Below are positions 12,697 through 25,189 of a DNA stretch of 64,000 nucleotides, piece after piece. The notes under the pieces were generated by a model. The model saw only the letters and a program-made list of their open reading frames with translations, searched no databases and was not told the DNA's origin. Position 1 is the first letter of the stretch, and every line of letters starts with the position of its first letter. The stretch covers positions 43,829,775-43,893,774 of the forward strand of contig NC_090385.1 in assembly GCF_036365525.1 (NCBI RefSeq), written 5' to 3'. Made by a program: the position numbers and the translations under genes. Source of the DNA: Heterodontus francisci. Lineage: Eukaryota.

Positions 12697-14678
12697 TTGG
12701 AAGGCTTTTGTGCTGCCCTTGGAGAGAGGTACAGAGAAGTCAGCTGGGCCTCCTGCCATTTTGTCTGGGGCGGGGAAGGCTTTTTTTTTTATTTTGACAA
12801 ACAACGTCCCATGGCGGCTGTCCTCTGGGTTTTGAGCCCTTCAGGGCTCTGCCAAAGACAGCGCCACCTGCATCGATGCAGGGGGAGACTCGATCATCGG
12901 GACAGGTCGCAGAATGTGGGCCTGCATCTGAGAGGCGTTTGGGGGTGGCAGCAAAGGATGAGAAGTGGGAGCATCCTCAGAAGAGTCCCACTTCCATGTG
13001 CCCTTTCTCCAACCTCCCTCTAGTGGCCCACCTGCATTTCCCCTGCTAGCAGAGAGCAGGAGATCTTTGCTGCATTTCAGTGTGGTGTTTAACCATCAAG
13101 GCAAGGCTTTGTTTATCCTATATAAACTGGCAGCCATAGTGTGCAAACCATTGGTGTGGGCCATCATGCACTCGGTGGCCATTCTTCCGATGGAGGTGGT
13201 CATTGCGCAAATGCCTCAGAAATCATGGCAAGGGTATGCACTGCTTCTGGAAATGCTGACAGAAGGACACGGTTCCCATTGCTTCTCCATAAGTACTCTT
13301 TTTATTGACGAGCCCTGAGGCTCTGCATTTGTGTCCAGTTGAGCTGAGCTTAGAGTGTCCTGCATCCTCTGTCCCTGTCTCCAGCACCTGCTCCTTCTCA
13401 CATGTGATATGCTCCTCACCATGTACCACCCTATCTAGCGGAGAAACTAGAGCCACCGAGGTATGTGTGACTGCGCTGGTGGAGGGTGCGCTGGTGGAGG
13501 GTGCGCAGGAGTCAGGTGACGGTGCATCCTCAGAGTGCTGGTCCCCCTCGGAGGACTTTACTGCCTCCTCCCTCATCTCCTCCATCAGGACCTGCAATGC
13601 ACCTGTGGGAGACAAAAGCATGACTTTGTGCTGAAAGTAGGTGAAATTGGCTTCCAAGTTAGCATTGTGCAGATCGTGACATTTAATGTATTGGTGACAT
13701 CAATTCAAGTGCTAAATGGCAATGCTTCATCTAATACTGTCACCAGGTCTCAGGGCCACCCCCATCTCACCATTGCCAATCTCCATGGCTCCCTCTTCCA
13801 TCGCGGTCAGGGTGTCCATGGCTGCAGCTCCACCTCTGGTTCTCTGCATCTCCCTGTTGTGGGCTCTCTTCTCTTGCAATGAGAAAAGGCAGAGAGTTGT
13901 GAGTGTGAGAAGTGAACTGATTGCTGAAGATGGAGGGTAGACATTTGAAGAGGGTGACCATAAGGAATGGGAGTTAGAGGGCAATATGATGAGGGTGAGT
14001 TTGAGTGTTGTCTGCTGAGGTGGAAATTTGAGGGGGGGGCTGGAGGGAAAGGAATGTGTGTGACAGTAAGGTGTGTCAGTCAGAGAAGTGCTGTGCAGGA
14101 GACAGCTGGGGAGGTAAGAGAGTGATGGCTGCCAGCTGAGAGTTGCAGGACACTCATCTTGCTGGACCTCATGAGGTTATTAAGTCTTTTGCAGCACTGG
14201 ATCCAGATCCTGGACACCACAATCCTGTTGCTCACCACCTCTGCAACTCACAGCTATGCCTGCTTGCAGAGACTGCCTGACCTCCTCCTCCCGTCCTCAG
14301 GGAAAAGGACTTCTCTTCTTATTCTCAATGCATCAACAATCACCTCTGAGGACGAGTCTGAAAACCGGGAAGCAACCTTCCCACGTCTTGACTCCATTCT
14401 GCACCAGTGTCCTGATTCTCACTTATATCTTCAATATCTCACTCAGTGCTGCCATTGTGAGCCCTGCTCTGGTCCCTTTAAATGGAGATCTTTCATTCCT
14501 TGTTTAGACAGGTCATCCTGCCCGTCCTCCCTTATTGGTCCAGCACACCAGAGGTGGGATAATATTGCCATGACTCCGTGAAAGAATTTTGGCAAAGCCC
14601 ACTAATTAATCAAATGGGTTCCTGACCGGGAAATGGTCCCATTGTTTTGACACGGACTAAGTTGATAAAATTCCACCC
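12697..14678 (-). mobile_element. Harbinger element carrying a Myb gene, left end lost
   Basis: Right TIR TAAAATTCCACCC ends at 14678; interrupts CR1; encodes a Myb/SANT pseudogene. Confidence 0.7.
12820..14397 (-). pseudogene. Three-exon Myb/SANT-like gene of Harbinger
   Basis: Exon 1 (14397-14158) MESRRGKVASRFSDSSSEVIVDALRIRREVLFPEDGRRR...VAEVVSNRIVVSRIWIQCCKRLNNLMRSSK with 2 stops; exon 2 EKRAHNREMQRTRGG; exon 3 after a CCCACAG acceptor near 13606. Confidence 0.8.
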
Positions 14679-17524
14679 ATGTCTCCACAATGGCTGTTTA
14701 TTTCTGTCTGTGCTATTAATTCACCTATCTTGTTGCAAATGTTTTCAGCATTCAGATAAATTGCATTTAGCTTTAACATTTTTCTGTGTTTCCCTAATGT
14801 GATCTTAGTCATGACTGTCCCATTACCTTTGTTAAGCTTTCTGTCCCTTCCTGACCCACACTGCTTCTTTTTACCCAAATGTCTACTCCGCTCTACAGCC
14901 TCAACATTTCTCTAACTGCTTTTGAATTCATCCTTTCCTGAATTCTCCCACCATGACCCCCCACCACACCCCTACTTCATTAGTTTATAGCCTTGTCTAC
15001 TGCCCTAGTTACTCAATTCACCAGGACACTGGGCCCAGTCCAGTTTAAGTGGAGCCCAACCAAATGGTATAACACCCTCTTTCCCCAGTATTGTTGCCTG
15101 TGGCCCGTGAAACGAAATTCCTGCCATCCACACCACCTTTTCAGCCATGCATTTAATATTCTAATCTATTTATACCTATATAATTTGTGCATGGATTAGG
15201 TAGCAATCCAGAGATTACCTGTGAGGTTCTGTGTTTTAATTTAGAGCCTAGCTTCTCAAACTCTCTCAACAGAACTGCATTCCTAGTTCTACCTATGTCG
15301 TTGGTTCCTACATGGACCACAACAACTGGATCCTCCCCAGCACACACAAAGTTCTTCTCCAGATGTGAGGAGATGTTCTGAATCCTGGCACTAAGAAGGC
15401 AACACAACCTTTGGAACTCCTGGTCGTGGCCTCAGAGAACAGCATCTAACCCTCTGACTGTACCATCTCTTATCTCTACCACATTCTTTTTCACTCCCCC
15501 ACCACTTGAATGACCTCCTGTACCATAATGCCATGGTTAGTTTGCTCATCCACCTTGCAAGCTTTGGCCTCATCCACACAAACACCAGAACATCATACCT
15601 GTGGATAAGGGCAAAGGTCAAGGCTCCTCCAGCACTGCACCTGGAGCTCCCTTACCTGCCTGACTCTCAATCACACCTTCCTGTCCCTGACCACTAACCA
15701 GACCTATAACACCTCCTAACCTTAGGGGTGTGACTGCCTCCTGGATCAAAGTGCCCACCTCCCTGATGCCTCATTATGTCAGACTCCAGCTCGACAAATC
15801 TGAGCTAAAGTTCCTTAAGATGCAGACACTTACTGCAGATGTGGTTCTTTGGGATCACAATGCTCTCCACAAACTCCCCACATACTGCAGTTGCACACAC
15901 TAACTGCACTGCCATCCCCAGATAACCTGGTTTTATTTATTTAATTATTTAATGAAAATTAGTTTAAAATTAGGAGCTCTTTTTAAACTGCTCTAATTCC
16001 TGCTCTTTTACTCTGCTTCTTGTTTTTGTTTATCAGCTCCTTTATTTCATTATTTACTTCACTTATTATTTATATTTGTCAGATTTTAATTTATTGAAAT
16101 TTAGACACCCATAAATTTTAATATTCTCTATTTAGTTAATTGCAATTTTATCCCCCATTTCTGATTAAACACTAAACTTAATTATATAATAAATTATGCA
16201 CTTAGTTATAAGATAAGTGAATCACTTAACTGTAGTTCCACAGCCTCCACCACTCCTCTGACATCACTTTTACAGGTTTAAATTATTTTTTCAGATTCTT
16301 TGCATCACAGAGAGACTGCTCCTCACAGCCACTTTTCCTGTGCACTATGGCCTGTCCTCACAAGCCCTTCTCCCATGATTTATGCCAAATATTCCTTCAT
16401 TCGATTGAAACTGCCAATAATAGCATCTATGATAAGCAGATAAAGCTGAGGCAAAACATAATCAGAATCTGGAATTGGAAACTCTTCTGGCAATCCAAAT
16501 AGCACACAGAATTCTGTGCTCCATTTACCTACAGATGAATGCCCCTTTAAATACTCTTTCAGTCACTCTGATAGACCAATCCCGCTAGCTTTTACTGGCA
16601 AATTAGGCATTGGGTGGGTCTTCTGCAATTTTGTGTTAAAATGGCCTGGGGGACCTAATTGCATCATATGACCCCAATTTACATCTATTCATGGCACTCC
16701 AGTCTGCCTGTGATGGATGCCTCAGCCAACTCAGAAAACTACGTATTTAAGATGGCGGCAGGTGGGAGTGCAGCAGGAGCAGAGCGTTAAGTGCTTTTCT
16801 GTGAACTTTACCATCCGCCCACCCTCTTCCCATTAGGCATGGCGAGTTATGGCCATTGGCTGTCTATACTTGCAGTAACTTGATTTGGAGTCTCTTACTC
16901 ACGGTACTGGGGCTCTGTGCATTTCAGATAACCAGCTGACCAGAAAAAGAAATGCCTTGCTTTACCTGGCCATCTCCTAGTTATTTGTACAAAGAACAAT
17001 TTCCTCTGCCTTGTAAGATGCAGTAAATATTTACCGTGTTTAATAGGATTACTGTATTCAATGTCTCATAAATATGTACTCAGCATGGTGGAATCTTCCC
17101 TCCAGGACTCTTTTTGTTCTTCTTGAGTGGAGGGGGGTTAAAATATTCAATTGCTGAAACTTCAGAAGCTCTATATAAACAAGATGGTCCTGTTTGCTCA
17201 GATCAGACGGGTCAGAGTTGAATGCAGTCCTATGTTGTTTATAAATGTACTTCCTGCTTCTGAGTCAATTAGGCTGATTATACACAGATAACTGGATGTT
17301 GTTTCCAAGGCACAGAATGGAAGGATTTTGATTCAACGTTTCTATGATGATGTTGGCTTTTCTGGCAGAGATTGAGGATACCATATCTCTCATATTCAGT
17401 GAAAGTCTCTTCCATTTTGGCATTGCGATCTCGTGGCTTTGCTCTACCATTAACTCCTGACATTTCTCTTGCTACACAACAGCATTTGTATTCTCTATTT
17501 TAGTATCAACATTTACTGGTGGTG

Positions 17525-17872
17525 GGGCGGCACAGTGGCGCAGTGGTTAGCACCGCAGCCTCACAGCTCCAGCAACCCGGGTTCAATTCTGGGTACTGCC
17601 TGTGTGGAGTTTGCAAGTTCTCCCTGTGTCTGCGTGGGTTTCCTCCGGGTGCTCCGGTTTACTCCCACATGCCAAAGACTTGCAGGTTGGTAGGTAAATT
17701 GGCCATTATAAATTGCCCCTAGTATAGGTAGGTGGTAGGGAAATATAGGGACAGGTGGGGATGTGGTGAGAATATGGAATTAGTGTAGGATTAGTATAAA
17801 TGGGTGGTTGATGGTCAGCACAGACTCGGTGGGCCGAAGGGCCTGTTTCAGTGCTGTATCTCTAAAAAAAAA
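17525..17872 (+). mobile_element. HE1-type tRNA-derived SINE
   Basis: A box TGGCGCAGTGG, B box GGTTCAATTC, CR1-like 3' tail GGGCCGAAGGGCCTGTTTC, poly(A). Confidence 0.92.
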
Positions 17873-18199
17873 CATTCACAGTGCCAATGAAGAGCTTCTG
17901 TTGACACAATACTTGCACTATCAGATAAACCTGTCTCCAAAATGTTCTCTTGCTTCCTCAGGCTCTGCAGCTAGAAAGCAGGTTAGCACTAGTCACAAAT
18001 GTAATTATGTGGGTTTTGATGAGTGAAAAAGAGATAAAATGGAACTGTTTTTGGGTGAGGTGATGTTTCAGGTATGTGCCTGACTTACATCTGTAAATCA
18101 CACACCAAGTGTTTGGTCAATGTTGACAGCTTTGCCATTGAATAGCAGCCAAGTGGAGGAAGCAGTAACTAAAGGTTGAGCCACACCTTAACAACTTAA

Positions 18200-19690
18200 A
18201 AAATAGGAGCAGGAGTAGACCTTATGGCTGCTTGAGCCTGCTCCACCATTCAATACGATCATGGGGCTGATCTTCTGTCTCAAATCCACTTTTCTGCCTG
18301 CTCCCCAAATCCCTTAATTCCCTGAGAGATCAAAAATCTATCTACCACAGCCTTGAATATACTGAATGATGGAGCATCCACAACCCTCTGGGATAGACAA
18401 TTCCAAAGATTCACAAACCTTGAGTGAAAAATTTTCTCCTCAACTCAGTCCTAAATTGTTGACCCCTTATCCTGAGACTGTGCCCCTATGTTCTAGATTG
18501 CCCAGCCAGGGGAAACAACCTCTTATGCCTGCCCTGTTGAGCCCCTCCAGAAGCTTATATGTTTCAATGAAATCACGTCATTCTTTTAAACTCCAGAGAG
18601 TACAGGCCCAATTTACTGAGCCTCTCATCATAAGACAACCTTCTCCTCCCAGGAACCAACCTAGTGAACCTTCTCTGTACTGCCTCCAAGGCAAGTATAT
18701 CCTTCCTTAGCTATGAAGACCAAAACTGTACTCCAGGTCTTACAAAAGCCCTGTACAATTGTAGCAAAAACTTCTTTGTTCTTGTACCACAATCCTCTTG
18801 CGATAAAGGCCGACATGCCATTTGCTTTTCTACTTGCTTGCTGTACCTGCATGCTAACTTTCTGTGTTCCTTATATGAGTACACCCTAGTTCCTCTGAAC
18901 ATTTAAAAGTTTCACACCTTTTAAAAAATATTCTGTTTTACTAATCTGACTACCAAAATGGATAACCTCACATTTCTCCAAATTATACACCATCAGTCGC
19001 CTTGTTGTCCACTCACTTAACCTGTCTATATCTCTTTGTAGCCTTTTGTGTCCTCCTCACAGATTATGGTCCCACCTAGCTATGCATTGTCAGCAAACCT
19101 GGATAAAGTACTCTCTGTCTCTTCACCTAGGTCATTAATATAGATTGTAAATAGCTGAGGTCTCAGCACTTATCCTTGCGGCATTCCACTAGTTACAGCC
19201 TGCCAACTTGAAAATGCCCTGTTTATGCCTCCTCTCTGCATCCTGTTGGTTAACCAATCCTCCATCCAAGCTAATACATTACCTCCATTTTTATGAGCCC
19301 TTATCTTGCATATTAACCATTTGTGTGGCACCTTATCGAATACTTTTCGGAAATCCAAGTATACTACTTTTACCGATTCCCCTTTATCTACCTTACTAGT
19401 TACATCCTCAAAAAACTCTAATAAATTTGTCAAACACGACTTCTGTTTTGTAAAACCGTGTTGACTTTGACTGATCATATTATGATTTTCTAAGTGCATT
19501 TGCAAGACTTTTTTATTCCAGCAGTTTCCCATCACTGATGTCAGGCTACATGGCCGAGAGTTCCTTGTTTTCTCTCTCCCTCCTTTCTTGAATTGCAGTG
19601 TTACATTTGCTAATTTCCAATCCATTGGGACCATTTTAGAATCTAGGGAATTTTGAAAAATCATAACCAATGCATCCACTGTCTCTGCAG
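18200..19690 (-). mobile_element. 5'-truncated CR1 LINE
   Basis: RT ORF 19170..19679 ([17 protein letters not shown]) and CR1 3' tail. Confidence 0.92.
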
Positions 19691-19794
19691 TAGAGGCATT
19701 GCCATGGAGAATTCACCACTTTAGTCACTTTATGGTGACTGACAGTTAACTGCCAAACTTTGTTTTAAATTTAAACCAGGCAGCTTGGGTGGAG

Positions 19795-20250
19795 GTGGGT
19801 GTGAATGGGGTGCTGATCAAGTGGGTTGCTTTGTCTTTGATTGTGTCAAGCTTCTTGAGTGTTGTTGGAACTGCACTTATCCAGGCAAGTGGAGAGTATA
19901 TACAATCACCCTCCTGATTTTTGCCTTGTAGATGGTGGGCATGTTTTGGGGATTCAGGAGGTGAGTTGCTTGCTGCAGAATTCCCAGCCTCTGACTTGCT
20001 CTAGTATTTATATGGCTGATCCAGTTAATTTTCTGATCAATAGTAATCCCCCCCCCCCCCCCAGAATGTTGATGGTGGTGATGGTAATGCTGTTGAATGT
20101 CAAGGGGAGATGGTTAGATTCTCTCTTGTTGGAGATGGTCATTGCCTGGCACTTGTGTGATGCGAACGTTACTTGCCACTTATCCACCTAAGTCTGAATG
20201 TTGTCCATGTCTTGCTGCTTGTGTACATGGACTGCTTCAGTATCTGAGGA
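19795..20250 (-). mobile_element. Family B LINE fragment
   Basis: Colinear with 23540-23970. Confidence 0.85.
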
Positions 20251-20279
20251 AAAGCCTAAGTTTGAGGGCTCTTTGGATA

Positions 20280-20850
20280 TTATGGTTAGGTTCTTAGGTC
20301 GGATAGGTTGGAACTTTTTTCATTAGAGAAGTGTAGATTTTATGGTGGTATAATTGAGGTTCTTTAAATGATGAAGAAAACAATTTAGTTCAGCTGGATG
20401 GGTTATATGAGCTGAATAGCATGGTGATGGGACTTCACAATAAAATAGGAAAGCATAGAGTGAAATGAGATGACAGAAAGTTTCTCTTTTCACAGACAGT
20501 CAATGATGTTTGGAATATGTTGCCAGAATGTGCAGTATAGAATTGTGTCAGGTCTTCAAAAGGGAGTTGGATGGGTTCCTGAGAGTGGGTGAAATCTCAA
20601 GCTATAGAAGGCATGTTGTATAGCTGCATTTAGTGCTATCAATTACTGCAGTCTCCTGGGCCTTGATTGATTACATTTGGGGATGAAAGAGGAATTTCCC
20701 AGAATTATTTTGCTAATTTGGCCGAAGTCTTTTTCTCTTTTCTTGCCTCTCCTAGGAGATCTATGATTAGAGGGGTGGGGTATGCAAATAGTACATATAG
20801 GCTACAACATGTCTGATGAGAGGCTTAACGGACCAGTTGGTCTTTTCCTA
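20280..20850 (+). mobile_element. Highly decayed CR1-like 3' end
   Basis: Degenerate ORF2 C-terminal sequence (GGATAGGTTGGAACTTTTTTCATTAGAG; TTCAAAAGGGAGTTGGAT). Confidence 0.55.
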
Positions 20851-21295
20851 TCCTCTTTAATTTATTCGTTTGTTTGTTTATATTAAAGATCACTAACCTG
20901 CACTTTCCAGTGAACAGCTGGTTGTTCGTATTTACAAATTCCTCAAGCTAGGAATAATGCAAATGTGGTAAAAATTGAGAAGGAAGGAAGAAGCACAAAT
21001 AATCCAGAACATGCACATATCAGAGCTAGATAAATTAGTACTGAACATGAAAATGATATCTGGCAGTCAGTAAGACCTTAGAGGCTGAGATAGGTAATAA
21101 ATACTTGTTTATAGGGCAGGAAGGCTGTCAGCTGAAGACCTTCTAGTTGCTGTTCTTATAAGTCATATAATCTGAACTGGAAAAGATAGGCAGGTTCTCT
21201 CTCCATTTCTCTTTCTATCTTTCTTTCCCTCTGTCTATCTGAATAGGTTTGAAACTCGTGGCTTATTGTCAGTAAAAGGTTGCAGTGATGCTCAC

Positions 21296-21462
21296 ATTCT
21301 GCCTGAAAGGCCTGCTATGTCATCAATCAGTGTCTGTACTGAAGCCTGTGGCAGTGCCTGGCTGCTGTGTACAAATGCACGGTTCATGTTCTGACATTTG
21401 CTGTACTGTGCCCAAAGCCTTGCTTGTAAAAGACAGTCAGTGTGCAGACACCTCTTAAAGAC
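21296..21462 (-). CDS. Candidate host coding exon, unidentified
   Basis: CCCTTTCACCTTTAG acceptor, 167-nt open frame VFKRCLHTDCLLQARLWAQYSKCQNMNRAFVHSSQALPQASVQTLIDDIAGLSGR, GTGAGC donor; non-repeat context; no homology recognised. Confidence 0.25.
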
Positions 21463-21979
21463 CTAAAGGTGAAAGGGCAATATTCAAAAACTACCGCACC
21501 ACCCACCCTTCTCTGAGACAGAGAAAACTTTCATTGTATCAATCCGGGCTGAATTCAAGCCCAGTTCTCAGAGGTGAAAGGTGGTATAGACTTACTATCA
21601 AAAAAACAGAATTGTTCTAATAATAAACAGATCAATTTGGGGATTGTGCAAGAAATATTATACTAACTATTACTACTAAAATGTTTCCATGGAAACCAGA
21701 GAATCAATAGTTTTCAAAGACCATTGACAGCAGAAGGTACAAATTCTTATTTGTTCGGCATTAGTGAATTTTCATTGATGGTGTTAGCATATATTTCTGT
21801 TGCTACTATTTCTATTATTTTCCTCTTTTCAGTACAGTTAGTGCACTTAGTTATTTTATTATCTCTTCAGCAGAGTTTAACATCATTAGAACAGGCACAG
21901 GCTTACATAGAGAACCAAAAGCCATGTGTGTTTTTAATGTAGAAAAAATAAATAAAAATAACTTCCTCTAAACCAATGG

Positions 21980-22335
21980 AAAGGAAAGGACAGATTTATT
22001 TCGTGTCTTTCTCAACTACAGATTTATCCAATGTATTTAACAGCCAATAGATTATTTTTAAAGTGTAGTCACTGTTGTTATGGAAGTAAACACAGCAGCA
22101 AATTCCCATACACAGCAATGAGATGAATTACCTATTAATCTGGTTTGATGTTGTTAAAATGTGGCATAAGACCTATTATAATCTGAACAGCTATATGGGC
22201 ATCATTTTAACATCTCATTTCAAAGGAGCTCTGGTAGTTCACTATTTCCTCAGTACTGCACTGAAGTATTAACCTACAAGTTATGCTGGAAGAAAGCTTA
22301 AACGCATAAGCTAGAGTGCAGCGACTGGGTCAAAC
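21980..22335 (-). mobile_element. DeuSINE (SacSINE1/AmnSINE1-like) relic
   Basis: Minus strand reads CTTCAGTGCAGTACTGAGGAA...TTTGAAATGAGATGTTAAA, resembling the Deu domain. Confidence 0.6.
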
Positions 22336-22679
22336 GAATACTTGATTTATTGTTGTCAAAACATGACTCCTGATCCTGGCAAGAATGGGATTCTAGGCAA
22401 ATTGGAAAGTTGCAATATCATAGAAGGACCATAGCAGAAAGGATAACACTACAGAAAAGCTGTTTTGTCAGCTGTAAAATAATATAAATTTACATGCTGT
22501 CCAAATAATCCTGCCTCCTAGACCCTGTAACTCCACCAGTCCCTTTTTCAACCAATTCAATACCTATCTTCTATGAATGCTAATGTGAAGGGAAAGTCAA
22601 AAGCCTATTGGCAATTAGCAAGTTCACTTGGAGTTGTCTTAGAATGGCTGATGTGAGGAATGGAAAATTGTCACACTGT

Positions 22680-22799
22680 AGGGGCAAAATAACAGGAGTT
22701 TTTTTCCTGCATCCAACCTCTACTGTACACAAACTGGGAGTGCTTGATGGGGCAGTGCAGAGAACCTTTGTCTTGCATATCCATATTATACCTGACCTT
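22680..22799 (+). repeat. ~64-bp degenerate tandem repeat, left part
   Basis: Unit CTGGGAGTGCTTGATGGGGCAGTGCAGAGAACCTTTG...TATACCTGACC; continues after the Tx1 element. Confidence 0.65.
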
Positions 22800-23121
22800 G
22801 GCTTCTTGGTCTATGCGGGGCAGCCCAGACTTTGTCGGACCTGTGGCAAATCTGGTCCTGTGGTGGCCAACTGCAGAACAGTAGTCTGCAAGAACTGCAA
22901 GCAGGAAGCCATAACACTAAAATAAAAGCCATAACACTAAGGACTGTAAACAAAGTAAGTGCTGCAACCTGTGTGGTGGGGCAGGCCACCTCTACAAGAC
23001 CTGCCCCAAAGCTGCCTCAGTTATGCACAGGCGGCAAGGTCCAAGGAGAGGCTGGGGGAAGGAACGGTGAATGCCCCTTGTGCTGCAAACGAGACCAGCA
23101 ACCCTCCCCGCAGCGAGGACA

Positions 23122-25189
23122 TTTTTTTTTAATTCATTCATGGGATGTCGGCGTCACTGGCCAGGCCAGCATTTATTGCCCATCACTAATTGCCCTTGAG
23201 AAGGTGGTGGTGAGCTGCCTTCTTGAACCACTGCAGTCCATTTGGGGTAGCTATATCCACAGTGCTGTTAGGAAGGGAGTTCCAGGATTTTGACCCAGCG
23301 ACAGCGAAGGAACGGCGATATAGTTCCAAGTCAGGATGGTGTGTGACTTGGAGGGGAACATGCAGGTGGTGGTGTTCCCATGTATTTGCTGCCCTTGTCC
23401 TTCTCGTTGGTAGAGGTCGCGGGTTTGGAAGGTGCTGTCTAAGGAACCTTGGTGCATTGTTGCAGTGCATCTTGTAGATGCCACTGTGCGTCGGTGGTGG
23501 AGGGAGTAAATGTTTGTAGATGGTGTGCCACTCAAGCGGGCTGCTTTGTCCTGGATGGTGTCGACTTCTTGAGTGCTGTTGGAGCTGCACCCATCCAGGC
23601 AAGTGGAGAGTATTCCATCACACTCCTGACTTGTGCCTTGTAGTTGGTGGACAGGCTTTGGGGAGTCAGGAGGTGAGTTACCCGTCTCAGGATTCCTAGC
23701 CTCTGACCTGCTCTTGTAGCCATGGTATTTATATGGCTGCTCCAGTTCAGTTTCTGGTCAATGGTAGCCCCTAGGATGTTGATAGTGGGGGATTCAGCGA
23801 TGGTAAAGCCATTGAATGTCAAGGGGAGATGGTTAGATTCTCTCTTGTTGGAGATGGTCATTGCCTGGCACTTGTGTGACGCGAATGTTACTTGCCACTT
23901 ATCAGCCCAAGCCTGGATATTGTCCAGGTCTTGCTGCATTTCAACATGGACTGCTTCAGTATCTGAGGAGTCATGAATGGTGTTGAACATTGTGCAATCA
24001 TCAGCGAACATCCCCACTTCTGACCTTATGATTGAAGGAAGGTCATTGATGAAGCAGTTGAAGATGGTTGGGCCTAGGACACTACCCTGAGGAACGCCTG
24101 CAGTGACGTCCTGGAGCTCAGATGATTGACCTCCAACAACCACAACCATCTTCCTTTGCGCTAGGTATGACTCCAGCCAGCGGAGGGTTTTCCCCCTGAT
24201 TCCCGTTGACCTCAGTTTTGGTAGGGCTCCTTGATGCCATACTCGGTCAAATGCTGCCTTGATGTCAAGGGCAATCACTCTCACCTCACCTCTTGAGTTC
24301 AGCTCTTTTGTCCATGTTTGAACCAAGGCTGTAATGAGGTCAGGAGCTGAGTGGCCCTGGCAGAACCCAAACTGAGCGTCACTGAGCAGGTTATTGCTAA
24401 GCAAGTGCCACTTGATGGCACTGTTGATGACACCTTCCATGACTTTTTTGATGATTGAGAGTAGGCTAATGGGGTGGTAATTGGCCGGGTTGGACTTGTC
24501 CTGCTTTTTGTGTACAGGACATACCTGGGCAATTTTCCACATTGCAGGGTAGATGCCAGTGTTGTAGCTGTACTGGAACAGCTTGGCTTGGGGTGCGGCA
24601 AGTTCTGGAGCACAGGTCTTCAGTACTATTGCCAGAATATTGTCAGGGCCCATAGCTTTTGCAGTATCCAGTGCCTTCAGTCGTTTCTTGATATCACGCG
24701 GAGTGTATCGAATTGGCTGAAGTCTGGCATCTGTGATGCTGGGACTTCAGGAGGGGGCCGAGATGGATCATCAGCTTGGCACTTCTGGCTGAAGATTGTT
24801 GCAAATGCTTCTGCCTTATCTTTCGCACTGATATGCTGGGCTGCCCCATCATTGAGGATGGGGATATTTGTGGAGCCACCTCCTCCTGTTAGTTGTTTAA
24901 TTGTCCACCACCATTCACGGCTGGATGTGGTAGGACTGCAGAGCCTAGATCTGATCCGTTGGTTGTGGGATCACTTAGCTCTGTCTATCGCATGCTGCTT
25001 ACGCAGTTTGGCATGCAAGTAGTCCTGGGTTGTAGCTTCACCAGGTTGACACCTCATTTTGAGGTATGCCTGGTGCTGCTCCTGGAATGCCATCGTGCAC
25101 TCTTCATTGAACCAGGGTCAGTCTCCTGGCTTGATGGTAATGGTAGAGTGGGTGATATGCCAAGCCATGAGGTTACAGATTGTGGTTGA
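23122..25189 (-). mobile_element. Family B (Zenon-like CR1-clade) LINE nested in Tx1 ORF1
   Basis: 373-aa RT ORF 23532..24653 ([27 protein letters not shown]); poly(T) on + strand at 23122. Confidence 0.93.

Larger units (their letters stand above)
785..15930 (-). mobile_element. Old near-full-length CR1 LINE split into 5 pieces (785-1390, 2099-2828, 9801-9840, 12094-12696, 14679-~15930)
   Basis: 3' tail at 785; RT sequence resumes colinearly across insertions (GACAGAAACAAA|...|AAAGTATTTGTTTAAT); EN N-terminus LNAIYLNAENICNK (14657..14878); ORF1 esterase VVVHVGTNDIG (15153..15407). Confidence 0.8.

Noticed and set aside
17525-17600. tRNA gene
   Set aside because: A and B boxes belong to the SINE head, which continues into SINE body and LINE-derived tail
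20812-20845. CTGATGAG as another hammerhead
   Set aside because: No stem II followed by GAAA; the same applies at 28161 and 61877
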